Shown here piece by piece: positions 1 through 11,811 of a DNA stretch of 64,000 nt; position 1 is the first letter of the stretch; each line of letters begins with the position of its first letter. This DNA is from Yuukianura sp. NJ FZ-2021. Lineage: Eukaryota. The DNA lies in the NCBI GenBank assembly GCA_046563655.1, contig CM102284.1, forward strand, positions 2,480,001 to 2,544,000, read 5' to 3'. Below the pieces are notes generated by a model. The model did not search any database. It saw only the letters and a program-made list of their open reading frames with translations, and had not been told where the DNA came from. The position numbers and the translations under genes are program-made.

Positions 1-1206
1 AATTCTGTAACTTCTGTAGCTTCGAAAAAATAAATCTATTATCAACTGTTTGGTTTTATATAATCTGCAACTGGCTGTATTTTCAACATTTTCTAGAATG
101 ATTTCAAACGTTGTATTTTTTTTTTAGAATTCCCGGCTAATCTTTATTTGCACACATCGGCAAATCCACAATGCACACAAAGCCACTGCTGATTAATCAT
201 AATTCGGCTATCTTATTGCAGATAAACAATGCATATAAAAACCTAGAATACTAGACAACCCTGTTTGTAGAAATTTTCAAAATGCAGAAATAGTGAGTAG
301 GTAGACGTTATATTAATGAAGAATATTGTCTCTGGAATTCATTAGCGTTTTTAGTTAATTTTAACAAATTTTATCCAACATTATCAGATTAATTTTTTAT
401 ACTAGCGGTTGTATGAGCACGTATGCTAGATTATAAACTGTACACTCATAAACGCTAGGTACTGACATTTGACTTTACATTGACCTTAGATTTTATACAT
501 ACGTAAAAGCAAAGCGTCGGCATAAACCACCTCAAATAACGAGACAATTAAAACACATTCGTCTTAATTCTACTAAGTAAGTCGTCGCGACTTAATAGGG
601 CCACTGAGCCACTCATTGATTATTAATTTTTTAAGCAGGATATTATTTACAATAAAAAATTGTACATTGCTAAATAATATGTAATTGCAATGAAATACAA
701 ATTCAGTCTTAAACCAATTAAACTGTCATAAATCAGACTCCCGTACATAAAACCAGAAACCCAAGGAACATTAAAATTTAGTTATCAGTTTTGACTGCAT
801 TGGAAGTTAAAAGTACTTTGCCTTTAGGTCCTGAGTTTCTAAGTTTTGATTACAATTGTCTTCAGTATTTGCAAAGTTTGCAATTACTTAGAAAAACATG
901 ACTCATCTTCACCGGACACTGAACGATAAAGCCACAAAGCTAAATTGATTGCTCATATAAGTTTTCCGGCCGGCCGGACAACTTTGATAGCCCGGCGGCT
1001 ACCAAAAACATTATCCAGTGTCTTAGTTTTTGCAAATGACGAATGCAAGCTTGTAATTCTTAGAAGCAGATATGACGATATGACTCAACTGAAGAATAGT
1101 TTCAGCAAATCACAACCTTCATTCGTTCTTGAGCAGCCTTTCCAAACTGGTTGCAAAATCAAAAGCATTTTAGTTGCAATTTTGGAGTCGAACAAAAAAG
1201 TTGGAA

Positions 1207-2267
1207 ATGAGTCCTGAATTTAGCGTGCCAATTGTTATTTCTGACAAAGGTATGGAGGAATTTTCTACAAACAAAAATACACACTAATCTTAAAATTTTA
1301 ATGATGTATTCAAGCCTTATGCAAAAGCCAATCCTTAATTACCTAAAAATTGAAAAATTTGAACGTCCAGTTATTTATTCTAACTTTGCATTTGTATATA
1401 TTGATTTTTTGTAGGTTTGCTATTGCGAGACGAACAAACGAGAGTTGCAATAATGCGCGTGCGTGATCCGATCGACTGGAAGAAATGGCTTATTCTTGCG
1501 GGAGTTTTGGTTGCAGGCCTGATTGGAGGAGTAGCTATTGGGTGGCTCATCAAACCATGTTAGTAATTTCAAAATTTTAATTTTTTTTTAAATTGGTTTT
1601 GACAATTCAGCTTGACACAATTTTCAATAAATCCAGGCCAGCCCGCTCCTCATCCAACACCAACAACAACAACTACCCCTCCGCCGCCTACGAAGGCAAC
1701 CGAATCCACGACGACTAATACGGTCCTCCATGATACCATCGAGGAAGTCGCCATGATGCTTGAGGACACTCCGTTTCCGCCTCCAACAACACACGTAATA
1801 ACATACTACAAAATAGTAACTAAGTATAAATATATTTAACAGTTATTTAGAAATAATCTACAATTTTATGTTTCTTTTTATAATATTTTTCAGCCATTGC
1901 CTGAACACCCTGAAAAGAGGCCGCCAGTGAGCCTTCTCTATGAAATGGGCATGAATCCAACGTTTACGGTTGTCAACTGCGCTCTGGCATCACCCCTGGT
2001 GTACAAGTACAACGTAACTGTTGCTGGCCACACCTTCACTAGCCTTGGTACAAATTGATAAATTCAAAATTCGAAATTTCAAACCAGTAATTTTCCAAAA
2101 ACAAAATTGATTCCAATTTTGTCTTTGCTATTTTTTCAAAAGGTGGAGATCGTAAGCAAACTGCCAAAAATACTGCGGCGATGGTGGCTAACGAAGCCAT
2201 TTTCGGATTCAAATATGCTACCATTCCCGTGCCCAAGTCCGAGTGTAAAGTTGTTAGTAGCGTCTAA
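1207..2267 (+). CDS. Type II membrane protein: TM + Thr/Pro stalk + C-terminal dsRBD-like domain (paralogue 1, 207 aa)
   Basis: Exons 1207-1249, 1415-1558, 1637-1794, 1894-2047, 2143-2267 with GT-AG introns total 624 nt in frame. TM is WLILAGVLVAGLIGGVAIGWLI. Domain reads PPVSLLYEMGMNPTFTVVNC..VYKYNVTVAGHTFTSLGGDRKQTAKNTAAMVANEAIFG. Confidence 0.85.
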
Positions 2268-3437
2268 AGAGACGTTACATGGATACCGATGCTAAGCCAT
2301 TTTAGTGTCATCCACTTGCCATTGTCCACTTTAGTACTTACATTAATTCACCAAATTTTGAGTAAATATGAAGCTTCTTCAAAAATTAGGAATAATTATT
2401 AAAAAACTGACAAAAACAACAAAATGTAAAATGTACTTAAAAATATTGTTAAACTAAAAAATGTTGTAATTGAATCAAAATAAACCGCATATTCTGCAAT
2501 TCTAATCGAACAATGCAGTTTAAGCTATTAGAGACATAAAAAATGCTAGAAACCATAAATTGAATGCTGTTCCTGACGTTTCAACTGCAGAAACACGGGA
2601 TGAATAAATTCTCTACTTTTCAAATTAATTACACCTAATGCTATAGGTTTTGAATAAAATACAACTTTTACAAATTGGACTATCTTATAACGGTATGCTG
2701 GTTATGCTGGACATTTTGAAACGCAAGCTTTGGTCCAGAGTATTATTTGCTTTGCAAGTAAAAGGCGCCGGTATAGAGCAAATTGGCTATAACGGCTGAA
2801 ATTCATGTCTGCATTGACGTTCACTAATATAAACAACTTTGAATAGTATTTTTTTTGCCAAAAAACTACCAATGAATTACGTTTGCAGCAACCTTGGAAT
2901 TAAAAAAAACTGTTCCCAGGTCTGATTGCAATGGAAAGCCTTGAGCTTTTGGCATTGGCGATGCAGGTTTACCTTAATTAGGGAAACGGAAAGCTCAAAT
3001 TGAGACAAAGGATTTTTCCTAAAGCGGTTACAAAGTTAAGCTTTAAATTTTATTTTATGAATAATTGTACAGTAAATGCTGTTGCTGACCCCTGAAGTGT
3101 CATTTTTTTTGCTTGATAAGCGAGTTGCAAGTGGTGACACATATCTTTCCTGGAAACAGTAGGAAAGATAAGACCACAATGGAAAACTGATTGCTCATGC
3201 TCACATTCACATATGAACAAGTCTGAGGCGTTAAGTTTGCTGGTTCGTAGAAAATGCACTCCAAAGCAATTTTTAGTGTTTGGTTTTAAATGAGTCAACA
3301 GAATCTTAAGTCTCAACAAAGCAGGAACTTCATTTCGTATTGAACATTCTGTAAAACGGAGTCTTTTATGTGGATCTTTTTAGACGTCTGAAGTTTGGTT
3401 TTTAGAAGTTTTTAAACCATTTTTTAAGCATTTTGCC

Positions 3438-4520
3438 ATGGATTCGAACTCTGGTAATGAGTTCTACTTGCCAGTAGTCCAGACTGACAAAGGTGAAAAT
3501 TAAAAATCTATTTTCTTATCTATCACTAACGTACAAAGTAAGAAGGAATCACAAAATGTTGAAACCCAAAGAGCTTTTTTTCATTTTGAAATAGAATTTG
3601 TAAAAACTTAAATGGAAAATTGAGAATCTTTGATCTTAAATTCTTCATAGGTTGGATTTTACGGGAAGACCATGATGGAAGAGTTCCGGTGAGGCGCATG
3701 CGGAATCGTATAAATTGGAAAAAATACGCCATTTTTGCTGGAGTGTTTCTTGCTTATCTGTTGGGGGGAATAGCCATTGGATGGTTTATAAAGCCATGTC
3801 AGCAAAAATAGAATTTAAAAAAAATGAAATTGTTTAGTTAATCCTTCTTTACAATTCAGAATTTTGAAACGTATTTAGGCCACCCATCTCCCCACCCGAC
3901 GCCATCTCCGAACACGACAACGACAACTGAGAAACCCACTACGACATCCACTACGACAACTGCGAAACCCACTACGACGACCACTGTCACGCCCTCTACA
4001 ACAACTGTGACCACGACCACAACTACGACTACCACCGAACCTCCATTTCCGCCTACACCAAAAGTAAAGAATTAGCTCAATTTGTTTCACTTTTTTCAAA
4101 AACAATGTTTAAAAATATTATTTCTCACTTCATTGCAGCCATTGCCTGACCACCCCGAGACTGTACCACCAGTGAGCCTTCTGTATGAAATGGGCATGAA
4201 TCCAACGTTTACGGAAGTCAGTTGCGAGCCGGTTAATCCTCCAGTGTTCAAGTACAACGTCACTGTTGCTGGCCACACTTTCACTAGTGACGGTAAATTC
4301 AAATTGAAATATGTCTGGAGTGACTTGTTTTTGTTATTCTACTGCGCAAGTTCTATCACAATGTCACAGTGGATTGAAATAGTTTGCTATTTATTCCACA
4401 GGGGGAGACCTAGAATACACAGCCAAAACCACTGCTGCAATGGTGGCCAATGAAGCAATTTTTGGATTCCGATATCCGTCCATACCGACACCCAAATCCC
4501 AGTGCAAAGTTAGTGAATAG
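3438..4520 (+). CDS. Type II membrane protein: TM + Thr-rich stalk + dsRBD-like domain (paralogue 2, 219 aa)
   Basis: Exons 3438-3492, 3651-3797, 3879-4063, 4139-4292, 4402-4520 total 660 nt with the same intron phases as paralogue 1. Domain reads PPVSLLYEMGMNPTFTEVSC..FKYNVTVAGHTFTSDGGDLEYTAKTTAAMVANEAIFG. Confidence 0.85.
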
Positions 4521-5415
4521 TGTAAACTCCTTTTATCTATCAGTCGCATGTTGAATTTTACGAGCTTTTATTTTAATTTGCATAAATAAGTATGAACTAA
4601 TAATACGATTAGTACATACTTGCCTTAACTTTTTAAAATTGGATAATATAAATTATTCCATTTTGTGTTGAATTTCGTGAAGCTTTCCTTCTTATTTTGA
4701 ACATTTTTTTGAAAGTTTCGAGTTTTTTTTTCATTTCAAGTTTCTCTTTTTTGTCGTTTTGTTTTGTTGCTGCCACTTCAAACACCCCTTACCCTCACCC
4801 AATGCTATATGTACCAAAGGTACACTACCTTAACCTGAGGCAATTTTCGTACTTTGAGAATTGAATGTGAAAAGCCAAAATAACCGAAAGTTGTTCCGAA
4901 AAAGAACGACTGTAAGTATTAAAGTATAAAATTCATTAAAATTTTTGAGATTAGTTTGAAAGAACTCGAGCGAAATCATTTTTGTGTGTCTTTGAGTTAA
5001 TTTATTTAAAAGATTAATTTAGAAACTGCACTGACTCATCCTCACAAGACCAACATCATATATAGCAGTGCAGAAGTTGATAATTGTGTAGACAACATTT
5101 AACACAACATTCGCCTGCTGTTGGCATTTTCATCTTTGTTTGCCTATGCAAAAAAAATGCATACAACTTCACCTCTTTAATATAGATAAGCCTATTATGA
5201 CTCATTGTCAGAAGTCGGATCAACGCTATACGAACTTCCAGTAGACAAACATCTAAGCTTCCAGTTCCACCCCAGTATACAGAAAACAAGAGTTTAGGAG
5301 TCTGTGATTCCGGAGAGTCCAAATTATAGTTTCAGTTGGCAAATTAATTCAGACGAAATTACAAGTCTTATTTGTACACTTAACAAAACTGGAAGATCTA
5401 AAGCGATTTTTTAAT

Positions 5416-6697
5416 ATGAACCCATCCGAATCTAGGGTGACCCAGTACTCACCTATGGTCAACGAACCGGACGACCATGGTGGTATGTCAAAGGATACAA
5501 CTTTTGGACCGTAAAATTACACAAGTTTAAAAAGCAGAAATTCCATGAGTTTAAAAAATGGCGTTTGCGTTGTTGCTCGATTTTAAAAAAATAAGGCTAT
5601 GCAGTTTGGAATGCTGAAAACAGGCTAAACGTATTCAATACATGTTTGGTTCCTAAGTTACTAAGAAATTATAATGTTTTAAATTTTACCAAAATTGTTA
5701 TTAAGATTGTTATTTTACTTAACCTTGAAATTGGAATAGTCAATATACTTTAATTATATAACAATTTCTTGGACTTACTTGCAGAGTCTATTCCAGAAAC
5801 TGAACAGCAACCATCCGTCCCTTCAGTAGCGGAGTTACGTGCTGCGCATAAAAAGAAATTGATGAGGAATACCGCCGTTGCACTAGGCGCCGTTTTGGTT
5901 GTAGGACTTTTTGGCGGAGTTCTCGGAGCGTTGCTAGTGCCACGTTAGTCTTTTACAACATTAAAAAAAAAGAATTCGACTATATTAACAGGAAATATGA
6001 TTAATTTTTTTGTTTACTTGTATTTAATTTTTATGTGAAAAAAGATTGAAAGGATTACTAAAGAAGTTGTAGAATTTCATTCTTTTTCCATTTTCACAAT
6101 AACTTTCTGGAAATTGCAGACAAGACGCCGCCAATAGAACCAACTACGACAACTACCCCGGCAACCACAACGACGACAACCACGAAACCAACTACGCCAC
6201 CTACGACACAAACACCATTCCCACCACCAACAAGACATGTAATTTTGTACATATTTGATTTTTTTTGTCATTCTTTTTTAAAGAATCGATTATAAGACAG
6301 CCATTTCTTGTTTTCTTTTAGCCACTGCCTCCCCATCCTGAGACTTTACCTGCAATAAGTCTCCTTTACCAGATGGGAATGGATCCCAATTTTACGGAAG
6401 TAATTTGCGCCCGCGCTGATCCTCCTGTATTTAAATATAACGTCATTGTTGTTGGCCATACCTTCACAAGTCAAGGTAAATCCAAATTCAAAAGTCTTTT
6501 TGCATAATATTACGCAAAATATGTTTTAACTAACAGCAGTGCCGTAGATATGTTTAGTTAAACTTTTATTTTTTAATTTAGGTGGAGATGAGAAAAAAAT
6601 AGCAAAGACTACGGCAGCAATGGTTGCCAATGAAGCACTTTTTAACATTAGGTATCCCTCCATGCCTCAACCGAAATCAGTATGCAAAGTGATTTGA
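5416..6697 (+). CDS. Type II membrane protein: TM + Thr/Pro stalk + dsRBD-like domain (paralogue 3, 204 aa)
   Basis: Exons 5416-5482, 5785-5943, 6120-6238, 6322-6475, 6582-6697 total 615 nt. TM is AVALGAVLVVGLFGGVLGALLV. Domain ends GGDEKKIAKTTAAMVANEALF, containing the canonical KKxAK motif. Confidence 0.85.
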
Positions 6698-7701
6698 TTA
6701 CAGACGTTTAAGCGAGATGAGCAAGACAACAACGTTTGCGTTGAAACCATTTTAAATTTTATTTGACAAAGCGTAGCCTAAATTCACTAGCCTAACACAC
6801 ATCTTATGAACTACCTTAGTAACGTACTCCTACGTAGCTTTAAATAAAAATGTATATTTTCAATAGCTATGTTGATCAGCACAGCATACAACCCAATGTT
6901 ATCCGTGTTTGTTTGGGCGAATCTTTTAAATAAGTCCATGCCATGTATGGCCGACTAAATTAAGTCGGTCTTACAAGTCTAACGATCCTGTTATTTTTCG
7001 TTTTGTCTAAATTCAAAGTTCATTTCTTTTACCGCTCGGTAGAAATTGTAATATTTTGAACCTCAAAAGCATTGTTTACTAGGTGTGCTAATTTAATTGC
7101 ATCTGTCTACTTAGAGGGACTTGTACAAGCAATCGTCAAAATGAAAGCTAAATTACATGAAATGTAGAAGTAGACGTTTTGTGTATGGTTAAGTTTGTTT
7201 GTTTTTTAATGAATAAATGCATAACATAAAAATTAAATTCCTAATATTTCTAACGCCTACTATCCGATCATTGCTCTGCATTTGAAAATACGGTACAACT
7301 TTTTGCAAAAATTCGTTTCAAAAATTCGTAATTTTCAATTTTAATTTTTGTTTACAGTTTGAATAAATGCTGAACAACCGGCTTTGTAGAAGCTAGACCA
7401 TTTTGTTGAAATTGAAATCAAACGTTATGAAAAACACCCACTTCATTTTTTATTATGAATTTACTTTTATTTATTTTACCGCAAAATATAATATTTTTAA
7501 AAGTTAATCATGTAATTTTGGATGATGTTTTTTTAATTGTTATTTTAATTAAGAGGGAAAACGGAAAGCAGTTTATTTGAATTTTTAAGTTTTTAAGGTT
7601 TGAAAAAAAAAGTTTTAAAGTTATTGAATCTTAAAGGAATTCAGAAACAGCAGGGCTAAATTATGAACAGTTACTTGCATATAACTCAGGTTAATAATTG
7701 T

Positions 7702-9619
7702 TTACACGTATTCAAACACAGAATGGTTTACGTTTCTAGTTTCTAGCCAATACCTAGTGCAAGTATGCGGCCAGAGAGCTGTTACGGTTCCTTTGGAGTT
7801 CATGTACCAGGCATCACAATTTCCTTTGACCCAGACAGTCGACTTCATGCTCTCTTCCGTTTGCTGAGTAAATTCGACTTCTGCGTCGGCTTTTAGTGTA
7901 ACGCGTCTGGAATTTCTGCGCATCATCTCCTGCACTACTTGAATCATAAAGTTCGCTTGGCACTCAATCATTATCAGCACCGAGTTATGCCCAAGAGCCT
8001 AGCAAATATTAATAGAAATTCAATTTTAGTTCACATTTTTAACAACATTTAAAAAAGTGAAGAAAATTAAAATCTTACAGTATTTGGTCCAAGAAGAATG
8101 AATTGATTTGGCATAATGGTTGTGGCAATTCCATAGTAAGTCGTAGGTCCCTCTTTCTTCCAAGTAGCCAAAACGTCGATTCCGTCTTTTCCAATAACTT
8201 TCATTGGTTCATAAAAATTTTGAACTTGAAATCCAGTAGCCAGAATCAAAAGGTCCAACTTCTGCTTTTTTCCGTCTTTTGTTCCAATTTCGTTTCCGGT
8301 AATTTTTGTGATTTCATCTCGAATGACCTTGACATGGGGCAGTGCTAGGGCTGGATAATAGTCTGAAGAAAGTATAATTCGCTTGCATCCTAAAGTGTAA
8401 TTCGGCGTCAGTTGATCAGCTTTGGGATCTCCTTTTGGAAAGTAGGTCCGGAGCCTGCGTACCATATTCCATGCTCCTAAAATTTATAGTCAGCTAGATT
8501 TAGTTCAACTAACATTTGGGTTACGCTATGTTATTTTCAACTTACCAATTCTATTAGTCCAGTGTTCGTAAGTGAAGATGGAATGGAATATTTCATTTAG
8601 GAAATAAATCCAAAACCGATACAGCCACATGATTGGCGGAAAAACGTTGAAGATCCATTTTGTAGTTTCGGAAAAGTTGCCTTGGCTTCGCGGTTTAATC
8701 CAAGCTGGCCGTCTTTGGTAACAATGAAGTTCCTTCACCTTTGGAGCAATTTCTTGGATAACTTGTACTGCCGAAGCTCCACTTCCAACAACTCCGACGA
8801 CTTTGTTCTTAAAGTCAATGCCATCTTGCCACTGAGCAGTGTGAACTTTTGGGCCGGTGAAGTCTTCAAACATGCGCGGTATCGAAGGAAGGCGCAGGGC
8901 TCCAGGACCGTTGACCACGACATCAAAAAGTAGTTCTTGTTCTTTGTTCGTTTTTGTGTTGAAAGTGGTCACTCGCCATTGGTTGATATCCTGCTCCCAC
9001 TCCATCTTGGACACTTTGGTGTGGAATTTGATATGCGGGTAAAGTTCGTACTTTTTGGTAGTGTTACGAATGTATTCCTGAATTTCTGCACCGCCGGAAA
9101 AGCGCTGTGACCAGTCTAGATGGAAATTCAATTATCTGTTAAATTCAGCGCTTTTTTTTGTACAGTTTTGAATAACAAAAATCTGAGCTTTTTTCTCACT
9201 TGGATTTGGTTCGAATGACCACGAATATAAATGGCTCTCCACCTAAAGAAAAAAAAAACGATAGTTGTTACACAACACTGAAAATGGCACGCGCAAAATT
9301 TCAAAATCTGGGAGTGTACTGTAGGTATATGAATTTTGAAATAATAGACTTACATCACAAGCAACTCCAGGGTACTTGTTCACTAACCAAGTTCCTCCGA
9401 CGTCTTCATTTTCGTCGAACATTTGAAACGAAGTAATTTTGAGTTCTTTTTTCAACTTAATAGCAGCGGTGAGTCCGGAAAATCTGAAAATTGAATTACA
9501 AACAAAATTTAAGAAATGTTCCTTTTTTGAAAACTGGAATTCGCATTTTAAAAAAGTTACCCAGCTCCCACAATACAAATATTTGGTGTCGTTCCATCTG
9601 GATAAGTATACTTCCCCAT
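7702..9619 (-). CDS. Flavin-dependent monooxygenase, type I Baeyer-Villiger monooxygenase-like (498 aa)
   Basis: Exons 9619-9561, 9483-9354, 9242-9200, 9115-8546, 8476-8079, 7998-7702 total 1497 nt. Motifs: FAD Rossmann IVGAGFSG, GGTWLVNKYPGVACD, BVMO fingerprint FTGPKVHTAQW (FxGxxxHxxxW), NADPH Rossmann VVGSGASA, and ATGF. Confidence 0.92.
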
Positions 9620-10498
9620 TTTAAAATTCCGAAATCAAAACGTTTTTTTGAATTTCCTCCTCTCTGAGCTTTTTTTTTCAACTCGACCGCTAAAATACAA
9701 CTTTGATCACTACTCGGTGGACCGGTAGCCACTAAACAGCACTGAGAGTGGACTGAAAGGATTTGGCAAAGCAAGCGTTGCTTATCCACACTAGCCTTCT
9801 GAAGTCAAATCCCATCAGTGTTAAATACTTGTTTTACGGTTTGCGTCACATGACTTTAGAATTGGGAAATAGCACAACGTGTCACACCAAATTGATCTAA
9901 TCATGTTTTATCAGAGGGGAATATTGTCAGAGTTCTTGACATTATTTTTGGTCGTGGTGGGGATTGTACCAAACTTCAATTCACACAAAAATGCGCCCTC
10001 AATCCAATTTCATGGACTTTGTAAATAATTTTCAACTTTGAACTTCAGCATGGCACTCGAATCATGCTGGAATTACTCGGGACTACAGAACATACATCAC
10101 GAGGTGTTTAAAACATTTAGTACATGGTAGTAAGTGAGCATTGCATCGCATTTTTAAACCCCAAATTATAAAAATGTGATGGCTGGTAAAGTTCAAAAAT
10201 TATACACGTTTTACCGAATAACTCAGGTCATCGTTTTTTGTGCATACATGATGTCGCCTGAAAGCGAAAAATATAACGGACGTAATTCTAGAATAGAATT
10301 AGATTAATAATTTAAGAATTAAAAAAGAAAATGTGAAACAGTGAAAGTCAATAATCGTATATCTCAGCCTCATTTTTTTATTCTACCGCGAGAATTTGAA
10401 TTTGACACACAACGTTGAATTAAGCTTATTTAGGATATCAATGATCAACCTAACAAAACCTAACAATAACATGTGTGCCAAACGTGTTCCTGTTCACG

Positions 10499-11811
10499 TT
10501 AGTCGATCAAGTGAACCTTTCCTACAGAGAAATGACGACGGCTGTGATTGTAAATCCGATTATGTCCATCAATGAGCGATTCCAAAATGTCCACGTACTT
10601 TAACAATCCTTCGTCATATGAGAATTCCTTTAGAAGTGCATCGCGCAGAAGCAGATAGTCTTGGACCTCACTGGCCAAAAGGTCACAGACTTCACGAACT
10701 GCTTGATCAATTGGAACTCCCTTTTGCAAAACTTTGAATACAACAAAGTTGTCTTTCTGTCCATACTTCAACTCTTTTTTGAGCCCAAGCAGGTCATTGA
10801 CGAAACCGCCAACGGAGTTGTTGATATCCAGAATACGACGTAGTGAGGGCGATTCAAAAATATGTTTCGGAAGACTCAAACCGTACATCATGAACACGAC
10901 TTCTGCAATACCGTCAAAGAAAGCAATAATCCGGCGCCAAAATTTGAAAGTTTCCTCTGAGTAGGTTCCATCAATGGGATGAACTGCGAACCACCTCATC
11001 GCTTCGACGTAGCGTTTCAAGAAGAAAATGAAGTTGCCGGAAGTTTGGCGGTACTTTTCCAAATGATGTTTTTCAAAACTTTCGTCCAAGTCAGCAACTG
11101 CTCTAAAAATCGGTTCAAAACCGGGACAACCCGGAACTTCTTTGTATTCTCGAGCCTCTGGTCCCTCCTCCCGAAAAACGCGGAGAATTTGAGCGTAGCA
11201 TTGCTCCATAGCTTTGAACGGGATTTCTTTGTCGATTGCTCCTTCCAAGACGTCGTCCATGTGCCACAACCAAAAGTACGTTCGCATGATGAGTTCCATG
11301 TCACGTGACTCAATTTCGTTGAAGGGATTGATATACAGTGTAAACAAAGCGGTGACTTCGATTAATTCGTTAAAATACGCGGGGTTAGATGCCCGGTCAA
11401 AGAATTTGTCAACCCAATGACTCAATTTTGCTACGGCTCCAGCTAGTTCTTCATCGGTGACGTTTTCGCGTTTATGCTTTGGACAAATCCGCGGAAATTC
11501 TCCACTCACATGGACCGTACCAAATGCCGGATGAGTGATTTCGCCCAAGTCAAATTTCACTTTCCCACGCAGTTGAGTACCATGACCAGTGGGTTGAGTT
11601 GGCGCTAAAAAAAAATTCGATTTTGAATTTAGAATTGTTTTTATGGAAAGAAGACAAAAATACTCGTTACACTTGTTTCTTTTTTTTTTTTGAAACTTTG
11701 TGGTTTGAAGTTTTGGAAGTTTGATTCTAAATTGTTTAAAAACGGTTATTTTTTGTTTTTACCTTGAAGCGTAGTGAAGTCAGCCTCGGTGTAGTACACG
11801 TCTCCAAGCAT
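10499..11811 (-). CDS. Microbial-type class I terpene synthase (about 384 aa)
   Basis: Long exon 11604-10499 plus a probable first exon 11811-11763 (MLGDVYYTEADFTTLQ, phase-compatible). Asp-rich motif MDDVLE, sensor-type Arg in FWRR, NSE/DTE motif NDLLGLKKE, followed by NFV and a C-terminal SRRH in place of RY. Confidence 0.88.

Noticed and set aside
3875-4105. Cys/Arg-rich minus-strand ORFs (also 6077-6271) as small peptides
   Set aside because: They are the antisense reading of the ACN-rich Thr-stalk exons.
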